Origin: Sminthopsis crassicaudata
Lineage: Eukaryota
DNA length: 64,000 nucleotides
Direction: 5' to 3'
Assembly (NCBI RefSeq): GCF_048593235.1
Contig: NC_133619.1
Location: 500,925,644-500,989,643, forward strand
The notes beneath the pieces were generated by a model that was not told the origin of the DNA, did not search any database, and worked only from the letters and a program-made list of their open reading frames with translations. A program made the position numbers and the translations under genes. How positions within the stretch are numbered: position 1 is the first letter of the stretch; each line of letters opens with the position of its first letter. Of the stretch, positions 61,477 to 64,000 are shown piece by piece.

Positions 61477-64000
61477 CAATCTGTATTTCTGACATTAGCA
61501 TACAGAAATCTGATTCACATTAAGCCCAAGAATATGAATTGACTTCTTACCAAAATTTAATCTTTTGGTTTCTAAGAAAGGTTGTATGGGGGAACTTTTC
61601 TTATACATTTTTGGTAGTTATTCCTTATAACCTTTTTAACCTTTATATGTTAAAACAAAAATGAAAAATAATATGTTTTATGAAGCTTGAAAGACAATTG
61701 AAGTAGATGGAAAGAAATATAAATCATTCTTAAGAATGTACTTTTCACCAGTAAATTTTTGACCAGACCTTTAAAGTCTAGAAGGTTAACAGATTATTTC
61801 TAGAAGGACCATTGAAGCAGAGTCTACTCAAACAATTTTTGTGTAGGTGTTTTTCTTCCACCTGGCACAAAGGAAAGCTTACTAAATGCTTATTAATGTT
61901 GTTGATAATAGAAAATTATTACATCAAGAGGTTATTCTTCTTCTTTATGATTCTTTGGTGTGAGTCACTTGGGAATTCTCAGTTTTCAATAAAGTATGAG
62001 TAAACAGATAAATAGAAAACCAAAGGACTTAATTAAAATTCAAAGTTACTCAATTAAGGTTTTGAACGCTGGTTTCATTAAATCTATCACCATACTTGTC
62101 AGATTGCATGGATAATACACTTATTTAATTATAGATTGCAAAATAATGATCTGATTGAGAAGGTTTAACTCTCTTCCTCTAATTCTTTTGCTAATAATTA
62201 GCAGCAGGTAGTATAATCTCAAATGTCAGGATCAAGAGAATGTGAAGCTTTAATTACAGCTGATAACAAAAATTTCAAGTTCAGTTCAGTAGAAGTTGCT
62301 AAGGACAGGGCCAGGAAAAAGTGTTATAAAGAGAATATTTAGCTGCATAAAAAGAAAGTGAAGTTAGAACTGACATTTTCAAGGTAAGAAATTATTTAAT
62401 AATTAGTTGCAGGCAAATTATGCTCAAAGACTTATTAAAATGCTGACTAGATAAGTATCTAACTGGTAAACCCAAAGGTGTGCAGAACAATTCTTAAAAT
62501 GTTCAGGGAGGTGAAAAATAGGTGTCAGGTCAAAGAGAAGGTTGGAGGTGATGATTCTGGATAAGAGTTGACTTGCCAAAAGCTTGAAAAAATAATGCCG
62601 CAATGTGGTAAGACTTGAAGGGACAAGTACAGGTGCTTGGAATTCCTTGGAAGTTCTGTCAAATGCCAACAGCAGAGTAACTTCTCTATGAAGCTATTTC
62701 TTAGGAGGAAACATGTTTTCTTTTCTACTTTGAAATCAGGTTTGTGGTAAGACAAGATTCTAATAGAGAAATTGGAAAGAGAAGGATCGATAACATAATG
62801 TCAACTCTGAGAAAGAAAAAGTATCACGAGATTTCTCCACCCAAGAAGATAAGAAATTAATTTTTTAAAAATAAGTTAAGAAGCAATTTTTACAAAAAAG
62901 AAGAAGCAGTTTAAGTTTGCAGACACAAGTTAGGAATATTGTTTTTGGAACAACTGTGTTTATGTAGTGAGTCAGAATGTAGACTAGTGGTTATGAGTGT
63001 GAGTTAGTATAGGAAACTAGACTTTAGCCAGTGGAGATAATTAGCTGTGGCTTAGGGTGGTGAGGAAGGAGAGAACCTTTTACCGTTACTATTTTCAGTG
63101 ATTCTTTGGGTAATCCACTGCTGGGAAGTGGTTTTCAGTATCATGGTAAAACACTACATCTCAGTGGTATGGGAAAATTTTGAATGCTACAGTACTCAAT
63201 ATCATGAGTGTTATATATCAATTCCTATTTGCTATAAATTAATCTTTGTTATTCAAGACTTAAAATTTTGTTATAAACTTTATTAAAAGATAATTTAATT
63301 TAGCTTTTCATCTTTTAATATAAACTAAGTACCTACAATATAATAGGTGTTATACATACCATCCCTTTCATCTGAATCTTTTATGGCACTTTTTCAAGTG
63401 TTTACATACATGTTCTCATTTTATCTTAAAAACAATTTTCAAGTGGGTGGAACAGATATTCACCTTTATAGAGGTAGAAGAAGATATGGTCAAGTGATTA
63501 TAACATGAATATTAAGTTATTTATGGAAGTGGCAACATGGAGTAATAAATAGTTGGAGAATTAAATAAAATTTGATATTGTCACATGTTAATGGTTCAAG
63601 TTACATATTTGTCCTTTACTTAAGTTTTCTTAGTATAAAAGAACATAGGTGCTATTACCCTTTATCTTCTTCATGAAGTAATCAGAAAGATGAATAATTC
63701 TGTAAAATTTTTTTTTAAAATCTCAAAAGGAAAATGCTAAAGTTTTCTTGTTAACTGGCATAAAATCTTTTGATTTCTTGAATGGAAGGTCCTCCCCAAC
63801 TTTATTTCTAGACCTTAGTAATTAGCTATGTTTGAGAGAAATAAATAGAAGTTTACAATTAAAAGGTCATTAAGTAGACTTAGAAGAAGAAGCAGGATGA
63901 TTTTGGGAGGCATTCCTTGAAGTGATAGTCTTTTAAGAAGGGAAGAATGAAGAAAACTTAAAAGGTAATTGACAGTAACAATGCTGTTTTTAAAAACAAA

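Noticed and set aside
1-64000. GLI consensus GACCACCCA (Hedgehog feedback), and true tRNA, snRNA, rRNA or NUMT sequences
   Set aside because: None found by eye. tRNA-like A/B boxes occur only as SINE heads. A motif scan could still reveal degenerate GLI sites.
61029-64000. CDON exon 9 (Ig5-FNIII linker)
   Set aside because: No matching coding segment seen; it presumably lies downstream of the window.

Overview
AT-rich marsupial genomic DNA. The SINE and L1 repertoire looks dasyurid (for example Tasmanian devil), and there are six N-gaps typical of a short-read scaffold. The window holds the 5' half of CDON (cell adhesion-associated, oncogene-regulated; Ig/FNIII Hedgehog co-receptor) on the + strand. 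It has a CpG-island promoter with a probable non-coding exon 1 (~2.2-2.9 kb), an intron 1 of ~50 kb, and seven coding exons (52591-61028). These splice GT-AG into a continuous 1552-nt frame: signal peptide plus five Ig domains. The FNIII, transmembrane and cytoplasmic exons lie beyond the window. The rest is transposon debris: WSINE1-like, MAR1-like and MIR SINEs, L1, L2, CR1/L3, RTE and two solo LTRs. I found no prokaryotic-type or otherwise new multi-gene system, and most ORF-track entries are noise. The best leads are regulatory: (1) a (GCC)8 repeat inside an ATG-initiated poly-Ala uORF in the CpG island; (2) a very young antisense solo LTR with a perfect 6-bp TSD; (3) a sense-oriented LTR carrying a polyA signal in intron 1; (4) candidate alternative 5' exons; (5) a candidate intronic enhancer at ~39.5-40.4 kb. 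Repeat family names are from recall of consensus motifs, not from a database search.
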